From Nitrososphaeraceae archaeon (GTDB lineage Archaea; Thermoproteota; Nitrososphaeria; Nitrososphaerales; Nitrososphaeraceae): a stretch of DNA of 64,000 nt. The notes under the pieces are model-generated. The model searched no databases. It was not told the DNA's origin and was given only the letters and a program-made list of their open reading frames with translations. The first letter of the stretch is position 1. The number at the start of each line of letters is the position of its first letter. The position numbers and the translations under genes were made by a program. Positions 1-10,426 of the stretch are shown here, piece by piece. The stretch is from contig DATBHO010000089.1 in the NCBI GenBank assembly GCA_036557405.1, forward strand, positions 1,991 to 65,990. The letters run 5' to 3'.

Positions 1-459
1 ATGACCTCCAGAGATAATGCTAAAGATCAAATTTCACCTGAACAAAAAATCAATGAAATGGTTCAACAATCGAAGATCCTGGAAGCTTATATGAATGATA
101 TTCTAACAAAGGAATCAACGTTGTCAAGACTTTTTACTGAAGCCCATTTGGCTTCCGAGGCTATTCAAGAATTATCCTCAACTAATCAAGAGGAATCTCT
201 TGTTCCAATAGGCATTGGAATTTATCTTAAGGTTACAGTTCCGCAGGTAAGGAATCTGTTTGTGAATGTAGGCTCGGGCGTTACTATTGAAAAGCCTAAA
301 GAGAAAACGAAAGATTATGTTGAGACAAAAATCAAGGAGTTCGAGCTTGCGTTAAAACAATTACAATCGCAAAAAGAACAGATAGCAATTAGAATGAATC
401 AGCTTCAAGATGAGATAAATGCCGAAATGCAAAAATCACAAAGAACTTCAAATTCATAG
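1..459 (+). CDS. pfdA: prefoldin alpha subunit
   Basis: 152-aa protein with a coiled-coil / beta-hairpin core (LVPIGIGIYLKV...VNVGSGVTIEK) / coiled-coil layout. It lies directly upstream of ftsY, as in many archaea. The ATG is at window base 1, so the true start could be upstream. Confidence 0.75.
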   Translation: MTSRDNAKDQISPEQKINEMVQQSKILEAYMNDILTKESTLSRLFTEAHLASEAIQELSSTNQEESLVPIGIGIYLKVTVPQVRNLFVNVGSGVTIEKPKEKTKDYVETKIKEFELALKQLQSQKEQIAIRMNQLQDEINAEMQKSQRTSNS

Positions 460-479
460 CAGGCAGGACTGCACTACGC

Positions 480-1886
480 TTGTTTGAAAAATTAAAAAAA
501 ATATTCTCTGAAACTGCAAAGAATCTTAGTAAAAAATCAATTTCTAAAAAAGAGATTGATTCTATACTAGGTGATTTGCAAATTAGTCTCATGGAAAATG
601 ATGTAGCTCATGAAATCGTTGAAGAAATGACATCAAAAATAAAAATGGAAATATCGGATTTAAAGTTGGAAGGTAACGAAAAATCTGATGAGTTAATTAC
701 AACACGATTATATACCTTTTTACATGATTTATTTTTGTCTACCAATAACAGGATGGATATTATCCAATCTATTTTGGAAAAGAAAAAATCAAAAGCAGGT
801 CCATATTCTATTATATTCCTTGGTATCAACGGCACTGGCAAAACTACAACTATTGCAAAATTTTGTAAAATGCTGAGGGATCATGATATCTCAGTTGTTC
901 TAGCAGCTGGAGATACACATAGAGCAGGAGCTATTGAGCAGATAATGTATCATGGTAATAATCTTAATGTCAAAGTAATCTCCCAAAGGTACGGAGCAGA
1001 TCCATCGGCAGTTGCTAGAGATGCATTAGAACACGCAAAAAAGAATTATGTTGAAGTCGTGTTGATCGATACGGCAGGCAGAATGCAAACATCTAAGAAT
1101 CTCATGGAGGAAGTAAGCAAAATTATAAGAGTTATAAAACCTGATTTGAAATTATTTGTCGGCGATTCTTTGGCAGGAAACGATACAGTAAACCAGGCTC
1201 GCGAGTTTTTTCAATACACCAATTATGATGGATCAATATTAACAAAAAGTGATGCTGATTCTAGAGGTGGTGCAGCCATATCGATTGCTTATTTGACACA
1301 TAAGCCTATTTTATATCTAGGAGTAGGACAAGGATACGAGGATTTGGATGAATTTGACTACGAGAGGTTTCTTAATTCCATTTTCAAAGACAGGGTGTAT
1401 GAAAAAAATACACATGACCTACGAAAACAAGGCACCTCAAATCCTGATACCCACAAAATAAGCGAATTGACTCAAAATGAAAATATAGATTCCCCGACTG
1501 ATAAAGCTATAGACAAAAGTACGACTAAAGATGCTGATAAATATCTGGAAGAGAAGGAAGCATTATCAACGTCAGTAGCACTAATGCCGGAGGCAAAAGA
1601 TATTGGTTATCAGGACCAGTTAATTACTGAGCAATTGAATAATGATAAGGAATATCCCAAAGAGCGAACAAGTAAGGAAACAAGCGAAACAAAGCCAAAA
1701 AAAGGATCGTTTTTCAACAAGCTTTTCAAAGATCGACAGGAGAACGATTTGGTTAATAGTAACACAAATTCTCAGGTTGGTATTAGAGCTAGAAAAGATA
1801 AGAATAAAGAGGAAACTGAAAGTAAAAACGAAAGCGAAGAAGTGGTTTATTTAACGGACGATGACATAGATGAACTCCTTAAGTAA
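480..1886 (+). CDS. ftsY: signal recognition particle receptor FtsY (NG domain plus long charged C-terminal extension)
   Basis: SRP-GTPase motifs GINGTGKTTTIAKF, DTAGR and TKSDADSRGGAAIS. TTG start at 480. Residues from about 305 to 468 are K/E/D/S/T-rich low-complexity sequence. Confidence 0.9.
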   Translation: MFEKLKKIFSETAKNLSKKSISKKEIDSILGDLQISLMENDVAHEIVEEMTSKIKMEISDLKLEGNEKSDELITTRLYTFLHDLFLSTNNRMDIIQSILEKKKSKAGPYSIIFLGINGTGKTTTIAKFCKMLRDHDISVVLAAGDTHRAGAIEQIMYHGNNLNVKVISQRYGADPSAVARDALEHAKKNYVEVVLIDTAGRMQTSKNLMEEVSKIIRVIKPDLKLFVGDSLAGNDTVNQAREFFQYTNYDGSILTKSDADSRGGAAISIAYLTHKPILYLGVGQGYEDLDEFDYERFLNSIFKDRVYEKNTHDLRKQGTSNPDTHKISELTQNENIDSPTDKAIDKSTTKDADKYLEEKEALSTSVALMPEAKDIGYQDQLITEQLNNDKEYPKERTSKETSETKPKKGSFFNKLFKDRQENDLVNSNTNSQVGIRARKDKNKEETESKNESEEVVYLTDDDIDELLK

Positions 1887-2808
1887 GAAATATCTCACTT
1901 CTATTGAAGATTTGAGCGAAGATGAGATTCATTTTTTGATTTCACAGGCAATTGATTTTAAAACGAAAAAGTATGATAATAGTAACAACAATCAAATTCT
2001 ATCTGGAAAAACACTTGCTTTGATGTTTGAAAAACCATCGACTAGAACTCGCTTGAGTTTTGAAGCTGCAATGTTTCAATTGGGCGGTAATACAATTTAT
2101 CTAAATACTAATGATCTTCAATTATCTAGAGGAGAATCTATTCAAGACACTGCGAAAACAATCTCTCTTTATGTAGACTGTCTCGTAACACGAGTTTACT
2201 CTCACAACACAATAATTGAATTGGTGGAAAATTGTAAAATTCCATTGATTAATGGCCTATCTGATTTATATCATCCTTGTCAGAGTCTGGCTGATCTGAT
2301 GACGATATTGGAATACAAAAAGAGCTTTAGAGGTTTGACACTGGCTTGGATCGGAGATGGGAATAATGTGTGTAATGATCTGTTAATAGGATGTGCTAAA
2401 GTGGGAATAAGTATCAAAGCTGCAATTCCAGAGGGTTATGAGCCTCCACAACATATACTTAAAGTAGTAACACATGAATCAAAATTAAAAGAAAGTGATT
2501 TTACTATTGTACGCGAACCAATCGATGCCGTGAAGAACGCAGATGTTGTGGTGACAGATACTTTTGTTTCTATCGGAAATGAAAAAGAAGGGGATAAAAG
2601 AAAATCTACCTTTATTCCAAAGTACCAGGTAAATGGTGAGCTTATGAGTTACTCAAATGATGATTCAATCTTCATGCATTGTTTGCCAGCAAAAAGAGGG
2701 ATGGAGGTAACGTCAGAAGTTATAGATGGAAAGAAATCAGTTGTCTGGGATGAGGCCGAAAATAGACTCCATGTACAAAAATCGCTTTTAGTAAGCTTAC
2801 TTGTTTAA
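1870..2808 (+). CDS. argF: ornithine carbamoyltransferase
   Basis: STRTRLSFE carbamoyl-phosphate motif, HPCQSLADL and HCLPAKRG (the OTC-type HCLP rather than the ATCase HPLPR). Overlaps the ftsY 3' end by 17 nt. Confidence 0.85.
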   Translation: MNSLSKKYLTSIEDLSEDEIHFLISQAIDFKTKKYDNSNNNQILSGKTLALMFEKPSTRTRLSFEAAMFQLGGNTIYLNTNDLQLSRGESIQDTAKTISLYVDCLVTRVYSHNTIIELVENCKIPLINGLSDLYHPCQSLADLMTILEYKKSFRGLTLAWIGDGNNVCNDLLIGCAKVGISIKAAIPEGYEPPQHILKVVTHESKLKESDFTIVREPIDAVKNADVVVTDTFVSIGNEKEGDKRKSTFIPKYQVNGELMSYSNDDSIFMHCLPAKRGMEVTSEVIDGKKSVVWDEAENRLHVQKSLLVSLLV

Positions 2809-2826
2809 TCTAAAGATTTTTTTAGA
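2809..2826. terminator. palindrome plus T-run between convergent argF and argH
   Basis: TCTAAA-GATTTT-TTTAGA hairpin containing a T7 run immediately after the argF stop codon. Archaeal terminators are oligo-T tracts. Confidence 0.3.
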
Positions 2827-2905
2827 CCAATCCTAGATTATTTACCGTACTGTGCCAATAGCCACTATTATATTAACATGAATTAGATTCGTTTGTCAAC
2901 CAGTA

Positions 2906-4402
2906 TTATCGTAAAGAATTGGGTTTGGCTTTTATTCGATTTATCGTATCTATTATGTTTTCTTGTACACATTCAACATTCTTCTTCTTATTCTGTACTT
3001 CATTGTAGTATTTATCCAGTAATAGTCTGTAATTTTTTATGGCTTTCATTTGCTTTTGTGGGTTAGAGGATCCTTCAGAACGACGGTTCGCTATTGATTT
3101 TTGAGGGGTCGTATTTTTTATTATGTGAATTAGTTTATCAGGTGGAATACTTACTTTCATCCTTTCTAAAATTACCTTAACATCTGAACTTGTTAGTGAC
3201 ATGAATGGCATGTCTTCTTTGTTCTGTGTCGCTTTATTGACAAGTGCTCCGACCAATTTGTGCGCAGTTCTGAAAGGCACTTTATGTCTGATGACAAGTT
3301 CTTCAGCTATGTCAAATGCTGTTGCATAACTGGAGTTTGAAGCTGCAGCCATGATGTCCTTATTCACTTTTAGGGAATCAATAATGTCAGTTACTATCTC
3401 CAAGGACAAGGATACCGTATCAATTGAATTCCAAAATGAAAGCTTTGTATCCTGCAAATCTCTGCTATATCCTGAAGGCAGTGCCTTGAGTATTATCATT
3501 ATACTTGTAAGGTTTCCGATTACTAGTGCCGTTTTTGATCTTATCATTTCCAGAGGGTCGGGATTTTTCTTTTGCGGCATGGCACTAGAAGTGGATGTAT
3601 ACTTCTCGTGAATTTCAATGAATCCAAATTCCTCGGAGGACCAGATAATCAGGTCTTCCGCACATCTACTTAATGTTATCATAATAGAGGATATATCTGA
3701 AAGAAATTCTATCATAAAATCTCTTGAAGAAGTTGCGTCAATGGTATTTGTTACAATATTTTCGAAACCTAGCAATTTAGCTGTCATCTTTCTATCAAGT
3801 GGCAAAAGCGATCCTCCAATTGGACCAGCGCCCAAGGGGGATTGATTGATTCTTCTGTAAAGTGAGAACAATCTCTCAATTTCTCGTAACAGGCTTTCTG
3901 CATATGATAGCAAATAGTGGGCAAAGTTTCCATTCTGTGCTTGCTGCAAATGTGTGTAAAGAGGCATTATTGAATCCAGATTTTCTTCAGATTTTTGTAG
4001 CAGTAATCTAACCAAATTAATCAGATGAGAATTTATACTAATTAGATCATCTCTTGCTTTAATTTTGATGTCTGTTATTATCTGATCGTTTCTTGATCTT
4101 CCGGTTTGAATTTTGCCTCCAATATCAACTCCGATTCTGCCAACAATGTGCGCTTCAATGGCTTCATGAATATCTTCAAATCCTTCTTTGACCAATCTTT
4201 CCGGATTATGCAATATTTGGTCTAGCTCGTTTACAATAGTTGCAAATTCAGCCTTGTTCAGTATATGAATCTTATAAAGCATTATTACATGAGCTTTGCT
4301 ACACAAGATATCATAGAAGAGAATTTTGCCGTCAATTTCAATTGAAGATAGGAAATTCAATGTACCTCTATCAAGATCTTCCTTGTGTCTTGATCTATAC
4401 AT
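2906..4402 (-). CDS. argH: argininosuccinate lyase
   Basis: Fumarate-lyase superfamily signature SSAMPQKKNPD and GRSRNDQ. 498 aa. Confidence 0.9.
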   Translation of the reverse strand: MYRSRHKEDLDRGTLNFLSSIEIDGKILFYDILCSKAHVIMLYKIHILNKAEFATIVNELDQILHNPERLVKEGFEDIHEAIEAHIVGRIGVDIGGKIQTGRSRNDQIITDIKIKARDDLISINSHLINLVRLLLQKSEENLDSIMPLYTHLQQAQNGNFAHYLLSYAESLLREIERLFSLYRRINQSPLGAGPIGGSLLPLDRKMTAKLLGFENIVTNTIDATSSRDFMIEFLSDISSIMITLSRCAEDLIIWSSEEFGFIEIHEKYTSTSSAMPQKKNPDPLEMIRSKTALVIGNLTSIMIILKALPSGYSRDLQDTKLSFWNSIDTVSLSLEIVTDIIDSLKVNKDIMAAASNSSYATAFDIAEELVIRHKVPFRTAHKLVGALVNKATQNKEDMPFMSLTSSDVKVILERMKVSIPPDKLIHIIKNTTPQKSIANRRSEGSSNPQKQMKAIKNYRLLLDKYYNEVQNKKKNVECVQENIIDTINRIKAKPNSLR

Positions 4403-4531
4403 GATGAAAACAAACTACTACTTGACTTATTTATTGATATTTATAATGCCTAAAGTTTTCATGGCTAATGATATTTTTTCGTATTGATAAAATCAATAGT
4501 TATATAGTATAAAATTAAAATCAATACATAT

Positions 4532-4849
4532 ATGAGTCAAGAAATTCAACAATTGCGAAAGTCAATATTTGATGAACTCACAAAGATTGTAGACCCGGAA
4601 ATCGGAGTCTCCATTATGGAACTAGAACTTATAGATAAAGTAGATATCGATCAGGGAAAAGTGAAAATAGATTTACACCTGACGAGTCCTTTTTGTCCCG
4701 CAATATTTGGTTTTAAAATTGCCCAAGATATTAGAGATAACGTTTACAAAATCCAAGGTGTCACGGAAACAAAGGTAAACGTGAGCAACCACTTTATGGC
4801 TGATGCCATAAACAAGCAGGTAAATGAAAGCAAATTACCTACAAAATAA
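4532..4849 (+). CDS. DUF59/MIP18-family Fe-S cluster assembly protein (SufT/PaaD-like)
   Basis: IVDPEIGVSIMELELI...LTSPFCPA is the typical DUF59 core with its conserved Cys. Confidence 0.7.
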   Translation: MSQEIQQLRKSIFDELTKIVDPEIGVSIMELELIDKVDIDQGKVKIDLHLTSPFCPAIFGFKIAQDIRDNVYKIQGVTETKVNVSNHFMADAINKQVNESKLPTK

Positions 4850-4890
4850 TTCAGCCAGGTAAAAGTTGTGAACTAACCAATACTAGTTTC

Positions 4891-5676
4891 TTAGTCAAGG
4901 TTTATTTTGATTTTCTCTGCATGCTTCTTGTTATTCTTAGATACTCCTAGCATATATGATCTTAAAAGCTGTATTCCTAGGGCAGGGTCTACTCCTTTGG
5001 GGCACACTTTGCTACAAGAACCGGCAAAATGACATCTCCATATGCCGTGTCTGTCATCTACAATATTCAACCTGTTCTTTGACTCATCTCTTGTGTCAGC
5101 AAAATATCTATACAATTGTGCCAAAGCCTGTGGTCCCGGAAATCTTAAATCCGTTCCAACCGTAGGACATGCAGAATAACACAATCCACACTTTATACAA
5201 TATGAGAATTGGAGATACTTGTCTACATCTTGTGGTGATTGATAATATGAATATGTCCTTTTTTCTGCAGAAGTTTCATCACTTTCTATGTTCTGTATGT
5301 AAGGTTGAATATTCTTGTGATGTTTATAGAATAAAGAGAAGTCAGTTACAAGATCTCTGATTATGGGGAAATTTCCTAAGGGCTCACATTCAACCGTTGA
5401 CGTTTCCAATTCAGAAATTTTCGTGTAGCAGGCTAACCTTGGAATGCCATTTATTTTCATTCCACACGAACCACATGATGCCATCCTACAGGAATATCTT
5501 ATGGCTATACTTGGATCGATGTAACTTTTTACATGCAATAATGCGTCCAATACTGTAGTCCATCTTTTATACGGAACCTCAAAACTGTCGTAATGAGATT
5601 TCGAATTCTGTCCTCTATTTTCTCTATACACTTTTAATTTTATTTTGTCTTCGATCTTATTATCATTGTTACTCAA
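4891..5676 (-). CDS. sdhB: succinate dehydrogenase iron-sulfur subunit
   Basis: 2Fe-2S (CRMASCGSCGM), 4Fe-4S (CIKCGLCYSACP) and 3Fe-4S (CHFAGSCSKVCP) cysteine clusters. Confidence 0.9.
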   Translation of the reverse strand: MSNNDNKIEDKIKLKVYRENRGQNSKSHYDSFEVPYKRWTTVLDALLHVKSYIDPSIAIRYSCRMASCGSCGMKINGIPRLACYTKISELETSTVECEPLGNFPIIRDLVTDFSLFYKHHKNIQPYIQNIESDETSAEKRTYSYYQSPQDVDKYLQFSYCIKCGLCYSACPTVGTDLRFPGPQALAQLYRYFADTRDESKNRLNIVDDRHGIWRCHFAGSCSKVCPKGVDPALGIQLLRSYMLGVSKNNKKHAEKIKINLD

Positions 5677-5685
5677 TATCAGACA

Positions 5686-6042
5686 TCACAATCCATTTGC
5701 CAAAATTACTGTTCTAGTTCCATAAGCGATCAACGCAACCATTGCAGAAATAGTGATAACCGTGATCATCTTCTCCCAAGCTGCATTCTGTCTTAGTTCC
5801 AACAATATTACTCTTATTCCATTGAATCCATGAATAGATATTAATACAAGGATTGACTCTAGAATGAGAACATAAAAAATATTCTTGTAATTTGCAATAA
5901 TGTAATCATAATTAAGGCTTGATTCGAACGGAACTACTAGCCTCATCAATATATGGACTGCAACAACGAATATTGCTGCAATTCCTGTTATGTAATGAAT
6001 CTTCATTATCTGACTTTCTTTTAGCATTCTCTGAGTTTCCAT
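5686..6042 (-). CDS. sdhD: succinate dehydrogenase membrane anchor subunit
   Basis: 118-aa protein with three predicted TM helices, lying between sdhC and sdhB in the operon. Confidence 0.7.
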   Translation of the reverse strand: METQRMLKESQIMKIHYITGIAAIFVVAVHILMRLVVPFESSLNYDYIIANYKNIFYVLILESILVLISIHGFNGIRVILLELRQNAAWEKMITVITISAMVALIAYGTRTVILANGL

Positions 6043-6044
6043 GA

Positions 6045-6491
6045 TTATTCACCGAACAAAATGTTAAATCCATAGTACATTGCTGCGGCAGACAATATTA
6101 ATGCAATCCATATGCCAGATTTTTGTCTGTAATTTAAAGATGAAGGATTGTACGGATAATCAGGTCTACCGGGAGTTCCTAACCCGATACCAACGTGAGT
6201 AAAGATTAGGCGAATACCATTTGTAGAATGAAATGTACTAGCTCCTATTACCACAATTAGGAATAGATGACCCCATACTGTCTGTGTTAGATCTAAAAAT
6301 GATTCCCATGCATTCAGGCCATTGACTATTGTGCTTGTCTCATACACATGTCCAATGAAATAGATAAGAAGAAAAACTCCTGTTATCCTCTGAAACCAGT
6401 AGGATACGCGCTCCCATCCATATCTTGACGGATTCAGCCAACCCTTGAATCCTTCGAAATTATTTCGAATCGGATGTTCTATCTCTTCCAT
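6045..6491 (-). CDS. sdhC: succinate dehydrogenase cytochrome b subunit
   Basis: Polytopic membrane protein with conserved His residues. I prefer the ATG at 6491 (MEEIEHP...), which forms a TGATG stop/start overlap with sdhA. The ORF track extends the gene to 6542. Confidence 0.7.
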   Translation of the reverse strand: MEEIEHPIRNNFEGFKGWLNPSRYGWERVSYWFQRITGVFLLIYFIGHVYETSTIVNGLNAWESFLDLTQTVWGHLFLIVVIGASTFHSTNGIRLIFTHVGIGLGTPGRPDYPYNPSSLNYRQKSGIWIALILSAAAMYYGFNILFGE

Positions 6492-8212
6492 CAGTATCTT
6501 CTCTCTGCTGGCACATATCTGGTTAGGGTTACAGGATGCCATGAAAATTGTGGATCATTATCACTAGCATAGTAAGCTAAAGTGTGCTTTAGAAAATTAA
6601 GATCATCTCTAGTAGGGTAGTCAGTTCTGAAATGAGCACCTCTTGACTCGCGTCTGTTCAAAGCACCACCAATTATTATTTCTCCGACTCTCAATAATGA
6701 ATCTATCTCCATTACATTTATGAAATTTGTGTTATATTCCTTTGCGCTATCGTTGACATGTTTCCATGATGAATTCCTAAGTTCTCTAACCTTTTTTAGA
6801 CCTTCAATAAGGTCATTTTCATTTCTAAAAATATATGCGTTGACATCCATCATATCTGTAAACTGCTTTCTAACTTCATATGGATTAACCTGGCCCCTTC
6901 CTCTGAAAATCCCATCAAAAATTCTCTTTTCCTCTAATTGTATCAGGTTTTCTGCAATGTTGGTGGTCTTATCTTTATTCTTGTCTGCATAATCTGCAGC
7001 GAGTCTCCCTGTTATATTCCCCCAGAGCAAGCATTCCGAAGTCGAATTTGCTCCAAGGCGATTTGCTCCATGAAGACTATTGCATGCGGCCTCACCGGCT
7101 GACCATAGTCCATTCATCTCGGTTTGGCCGTCAATATTTGTGTGTATTCCACCCATCATGTAGTGACATACTGGCCGTATTTCTATAGGTTCATTTATTA
7201 TGTCGACACCTGAGAATTTGATACCTATCTCTCTGATTCCAGCTAATTTCTCCTTTATTTGTTCTTCTCCCAAGTGTGTCAGATCTAATTTAAGGCAGTC
7301 CACCCCAGTTTCATGTTTATATCCCCTCCCGTGTTCAATTTCTTTTATCATTGACCTGGAAACTACGTCACGGGGAGCAAGCTCTAATTTTTCTGGGGCA
7401 TAATTTTTCATGAATCTTTCACCCAAGTTATTAATCAGATATCCACCTTCTCCTCTGGCACCTTCTGTTATTAAAATACCTGAGGGCAATATACCTGTAG
7501 GGTGAAATTGGACAAATTCCATATCCTTTAGTGCCAAGCCACATCTGTACGCCATATCTAGCCCATCAGGGGTAGATGAATATGCATAAGTTGAAAAACT
7601 ATAAAGCCTGCCAGCTCCCCCGGTAGCGATAATCCCTGAACTAGCTTTGAATACATTAAAATTTCCATTTTTTATCTCTATCGCAGTAGCACCAGCAAAG
7701 TTGTTGTTACCATCATCTAGTATTGATGTGCAAAACCATTCATTATAGAAATTGATGTTATCATATTTTAGACTAGTATCGTACAGTGTTTGCATTTCAT
7801 AAAATCCTACTTTATCTTGCGCATAGGTTGCTCTTGGGAATGAGTATCCTCCAAATTTCCTCTGGTCTATTCTGCCGTCCTTTCTTCTTGACCAAGGCAT
7901 TCCCCATCTGTCCAATTGATATATCTCTTTAGGTATTTCATGTGCAAGTTTTTCAGCAACATCCTGATCACACAGGAAATCACTACCTCTAATAGTATCA
8001 TAAATGTGAGACTCCATGTTGTCCCCTTCATCGGGAAAGAGTACGGCTGCGGTTCCACCTTCAGCAGAAACGGAGTGCGAGCGCATAACCTGGACCTTTG
8101 AAATTACCCCAATGCTCAGTTTCTCATTTCTCATAGCACATGATATGGCAGCACGTAATCCTGCAAGACCTGTGCCAATAATTAAGACATCATGTGCAAT
8201 GTGGTCTGTCAA
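6491..8212 (-). CDS. sdhA: succinate dehydrogenase flavoprotein subunit
   Basis: N-terminal FAD fold (DVLIIGTGLAGLRAA), the RSHSVSAEGG covalent-FAD His region, and HPTG/HYMMGG motifs. Confidence 0.95.
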   Translation of the reverse strand: MTDHIAHDVLIIGTGLAGLRAAISCAMRNEKLSIGVISKVQVMRSHSVSAEGGTAAVLFPDEGDNMESHIYDTIRGSDFLCDQDVAEKLAHEIPKEIYQLDRWGMPWSRRKDGRIDQRKFGGYSFPRATYAQDKVGFYEMQTLYDTSLKYDNINFYNEWFCTSILDDGNNNFAGATAIEIKNGNFNVFKASSGIIATGGAGRLYSFSTYAYSSTPDGLDMAYRCGLALKDMEFVQFHPTGILPSGILITEGARGEGGYLINNLGERFMKNYAPEKLELAPRDVVSRSMIKEIEHGRGYKHETGVDCLKLDLTHLGEEQIKEKLAGIREIGIKFSGVDIINEPIEIRPVCHYMMGGIHTNIDGQTEMNGLWSAGEAACNSLHGANRLGANSTSECLLWGNITGRLAADYADKNKDKTTNIAENLIQLEEKRIFDGIFRGRGQVNPYEVRKQFTDMMDVNAYIFRNENDLIEGLKKVRELRNSSWKHVNDSAKEYNTNFINVMEIDSLLRVGEIIIGGALNRRESRGAHFRTDYPTRDDLNFLKHTLAYYASDNDPQFSWHPVTLTRYVPAERRY

Positions 8213-8337
8213 ATAATTATTGCAACCTCAACCATTATCCTTTACGATGACGTCTATATCTGGTAATAAATATATTATTCTTTTTTAATCGGGATAAAAA
8301 AGAGAAATAAAACACAAATAGAAAGTAGAGTTTAATT

Positions 8338-8619
8338 GTGAGAAATTTTTTTCCATACTTCATGAGCCTGAAATGTACTGGGAAGGTGCTATTGACAACC
8401 AATACTTCAGATGATGGCATAGCAGTGGCGGCAAAAAAGAAATTGATAGAAAACGGGATAGATGAATCACAGATAATGTTAGGACATGATATCCAAATGC
8501 TTGAAAAAAATGATCTCTATGTTAGCTATGATCCGCCAGATTTAGTAGTTAGAATAGTGTATGAGAAGAAGGAAAATGGGATGATAAAGATGAAGAATAT
8601 CGTGACCATTAAAATTTGA
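8338..8619 (+). CDS. hypothetical protein
   Basis: 93-codon ORF with a GTG start in the sdhA/hisS gap. No recognisable motif, and the start is uncertain. Confidence 0.35.
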   Translation: MRNFFPYFMSLKCTGKVLLTTNTSDDGIAVAAKKKLIENGIDESQIMLGHDIQMLEKNDLYVSYDPPDLVVRIVYEKKENGMIKMKNIVTIKI

Positions 8620-8661
8620 AGCCATAAATGAGTATTGGATAAATAGATTCATCAACTTTAT

Positions 8662-9924
8662 TTAATTTGTCTGGATTAGATTTTTTCCAATATTATCGAT
8701 ACTTTGCTTTTGTTCCTTATTTCCTGTTTTTATTGTAACAAACCCCTTTTTGAATTCATCGAGATCTATAATTATAATTGCAAACGCATTTTTTAGAGAT
8801 GCCTCGTGAAACTGTTTGGCGATGGACCTACCGTTTATATCATAATCGACAGAATAGCCGAGATCTCTTAAACTTGAAACTAATTCTAAAGCATATTTTT
8901 TCTCTTGTTTGGATCCATATGCAACGTAAATAAGTGGCTTTTTTGATGACTTTGATCTATCTTTAATAGCAGTTAAAATCCTCTCTACTCCTCCTGCCGC
9001 ACCGGTTGCATACAAATCTTTTCTGCCAAACGATTCAGTTAACTTATCATACCTGCCACCACCTACCAGAGATCCAATCTTTGAGGATGGTTCTTTGGCC
9101 TCAAATACTATTCCAGAGTAATAGTCGAGACCACGTACGATCCTAAGGTCTACTATTGTGTTTTTTACCATTCGTGATTTTAGTGAATCAAACAAATTTA
9201 AAATAGTGTCTAACGATTGAAAGTTTTTTACCTTGTCGTAATCCAACAATTTTTCAGGCGAACCATCAAATGATACAAATTGAATAAAATTTTGCAAATT
9301 ATTAGAGTCCAGCTTTTGATTATATTCATTGATAATTTGATTCGAACTTTTTTTAGATAATTTGTCAATAGCTCTCAACATTTCACCTACAACCATCTTG
9401 TCCGTAACCCCAAGAAATTTTGCAAGGTATTCTTCTAAAACCGACCTATGGTTGATCGCTATAATAAAATTAATTCCAAGTTTCCTTAAAAAGAACGAAA
9501 CAAACTCTATTACTTCTGCATCAGCATCTACCTCTGCAGAACCAAAAATCTCAATATCCCATTGATGGAAATACCTATACCTTCCCAATTGTGGTTCATC
9601 ATATCGCCAGACACCTCCAAAAGATGATAATTTTACAGGTAGTTTAAGATCTCTACGCATAGAAACGAATCTCGATAAACCTATTGTCAAATCGAAGCGT
9701 AATGCTATATTCCTACCGCCTTTGTCAGTAAAACTATAAGTTTCTTCAATTATTGCGGGTCCGCTTTTTGCTTCAAGTGTTGATTGTAATTCCAATGTTG
9801 ATGGTTCAATCTGATTAAAATCAAAAATTTCTACAGTTTCTTGAAATTTTTCTCTAATGAAGGAAATGTTTCTTAATTCTTCATTTTGTAAATCCTTCAT
9901 TCCCCTTGGAAGGTCTAAGTTCAC
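8662..9924 (-). CDS. hisS: histidine--tRNA ligase
   Basis: Class II aaRS of HisRS type: N-terminal PRGMKD, RYDEPQLGRYR, and GGGRYD near the C-terminal catalytic motif. Confidence 0.9.
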   Translation of the reverse strand: MNLDLPRGMKDLQNEELRNISFIREKFQETVEIFDFNQIEPSTLELQSTLEAKSGPAIIEETYSFTDKGGRNIALRFDLTIGLSRFVSMRRDLKLPVKLSSFGGVWRYDEPQLGRYRYFHQWDIEIFGSAEVDADAEVIEFVSFFLRKLGINFIIAINHRSVLEEYLAKFLGVTDKMVVGEMLRAIDKLSKKSSNQIINEYNQKLDSNNLQNFIQFVSFDGSPEKLLDYDKVKNFQSLDTILNLFDSLKSRMVKNTIVDLRIVRGLDYYSGIVFEAKEPSSKIGSLVGGGRYDKLTESFGRKDLYATGAAGGVERILTAIKDRSKSSKKPLIYVAYGSKQEKKYALELVSSLRDLGYSVDYDINGRSIAKQFHEASLKNAFAIIIIDLDEFKKGFVTIKTGNKEQKQSIDNIGKNLIQTN

Positions 9925-10000
9925 AATTATGAGAACCGTGTGTCATCATTTAGATTTTGCGATTAGTTATAATAAACCCTGACAAAAACAAGTATTACTA

Positions 10001-10426
10001 TTGGGTGGGTTCAGATATCTTGAGCATGTTACAGATGCGTACGTTGAGGCATTCGGTGATAGTATTGAAGAGGCCTTTTCGAACGCTGCTAAAGGCACTA
10101 TTAATGTAATGTTTGATAACGAAAAAATTCATGGGACTGATAAGGTTGATATTCGAGTGCAAGGGAGTGACTACTACGAATTATTGTTTAACTGGCTAGA
10201 GGCAATTTATCAATTAATGACAATAGATAATAAAGTATTGTCGAAATTCGATATAAAGATCTCATCTATTGACTCAAAATATGAATTAACAGCACGGGTT
10301 ATGGCTGAATTAATAGACATTACAAAACATGGTTACAGGACTGAAATAAAGGGTATCACCTATCATGCCATGGAAATTCTACAAGAAGGCAATCAACACA
10401 CGGTCAGATTCATACTTGATTTGTAA
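10001..10426 (+). CDS. archease (RtcB tRNA-ligase activator family)
   Basis: N-terminal FRYLEHVTDAYVEAFG plus the C-terminal IKGITYHAM motif characteristic of archease. TTG start. Confidence 0.8.
   Translation: MGGFRYLEHVTDAYVEAFGDSIEEAFSNAAKGTINVMFDNEKIHGTDKVDIRVQGSDYYELLFNWLEAIYQLMTIDNKVLSKFDIKISSIDSKYELTARVMAELIDITKHGYRTEIKGITYHAMEILQEGNQHTVRFILDL

Noticed and set aside
4401-4407. Box C-like ATGATGA motifs at 4401-4407, 27512-27518 and 39133-39139 as possible box C/D sRNA starts
   Set aside because: I found no CTGA box D or D' at an appropriate distance (about 12 nt guide spacing, 50-70 nt total) and no terminal stem. The first motif overlaps the argH start codon on the opposite strand.
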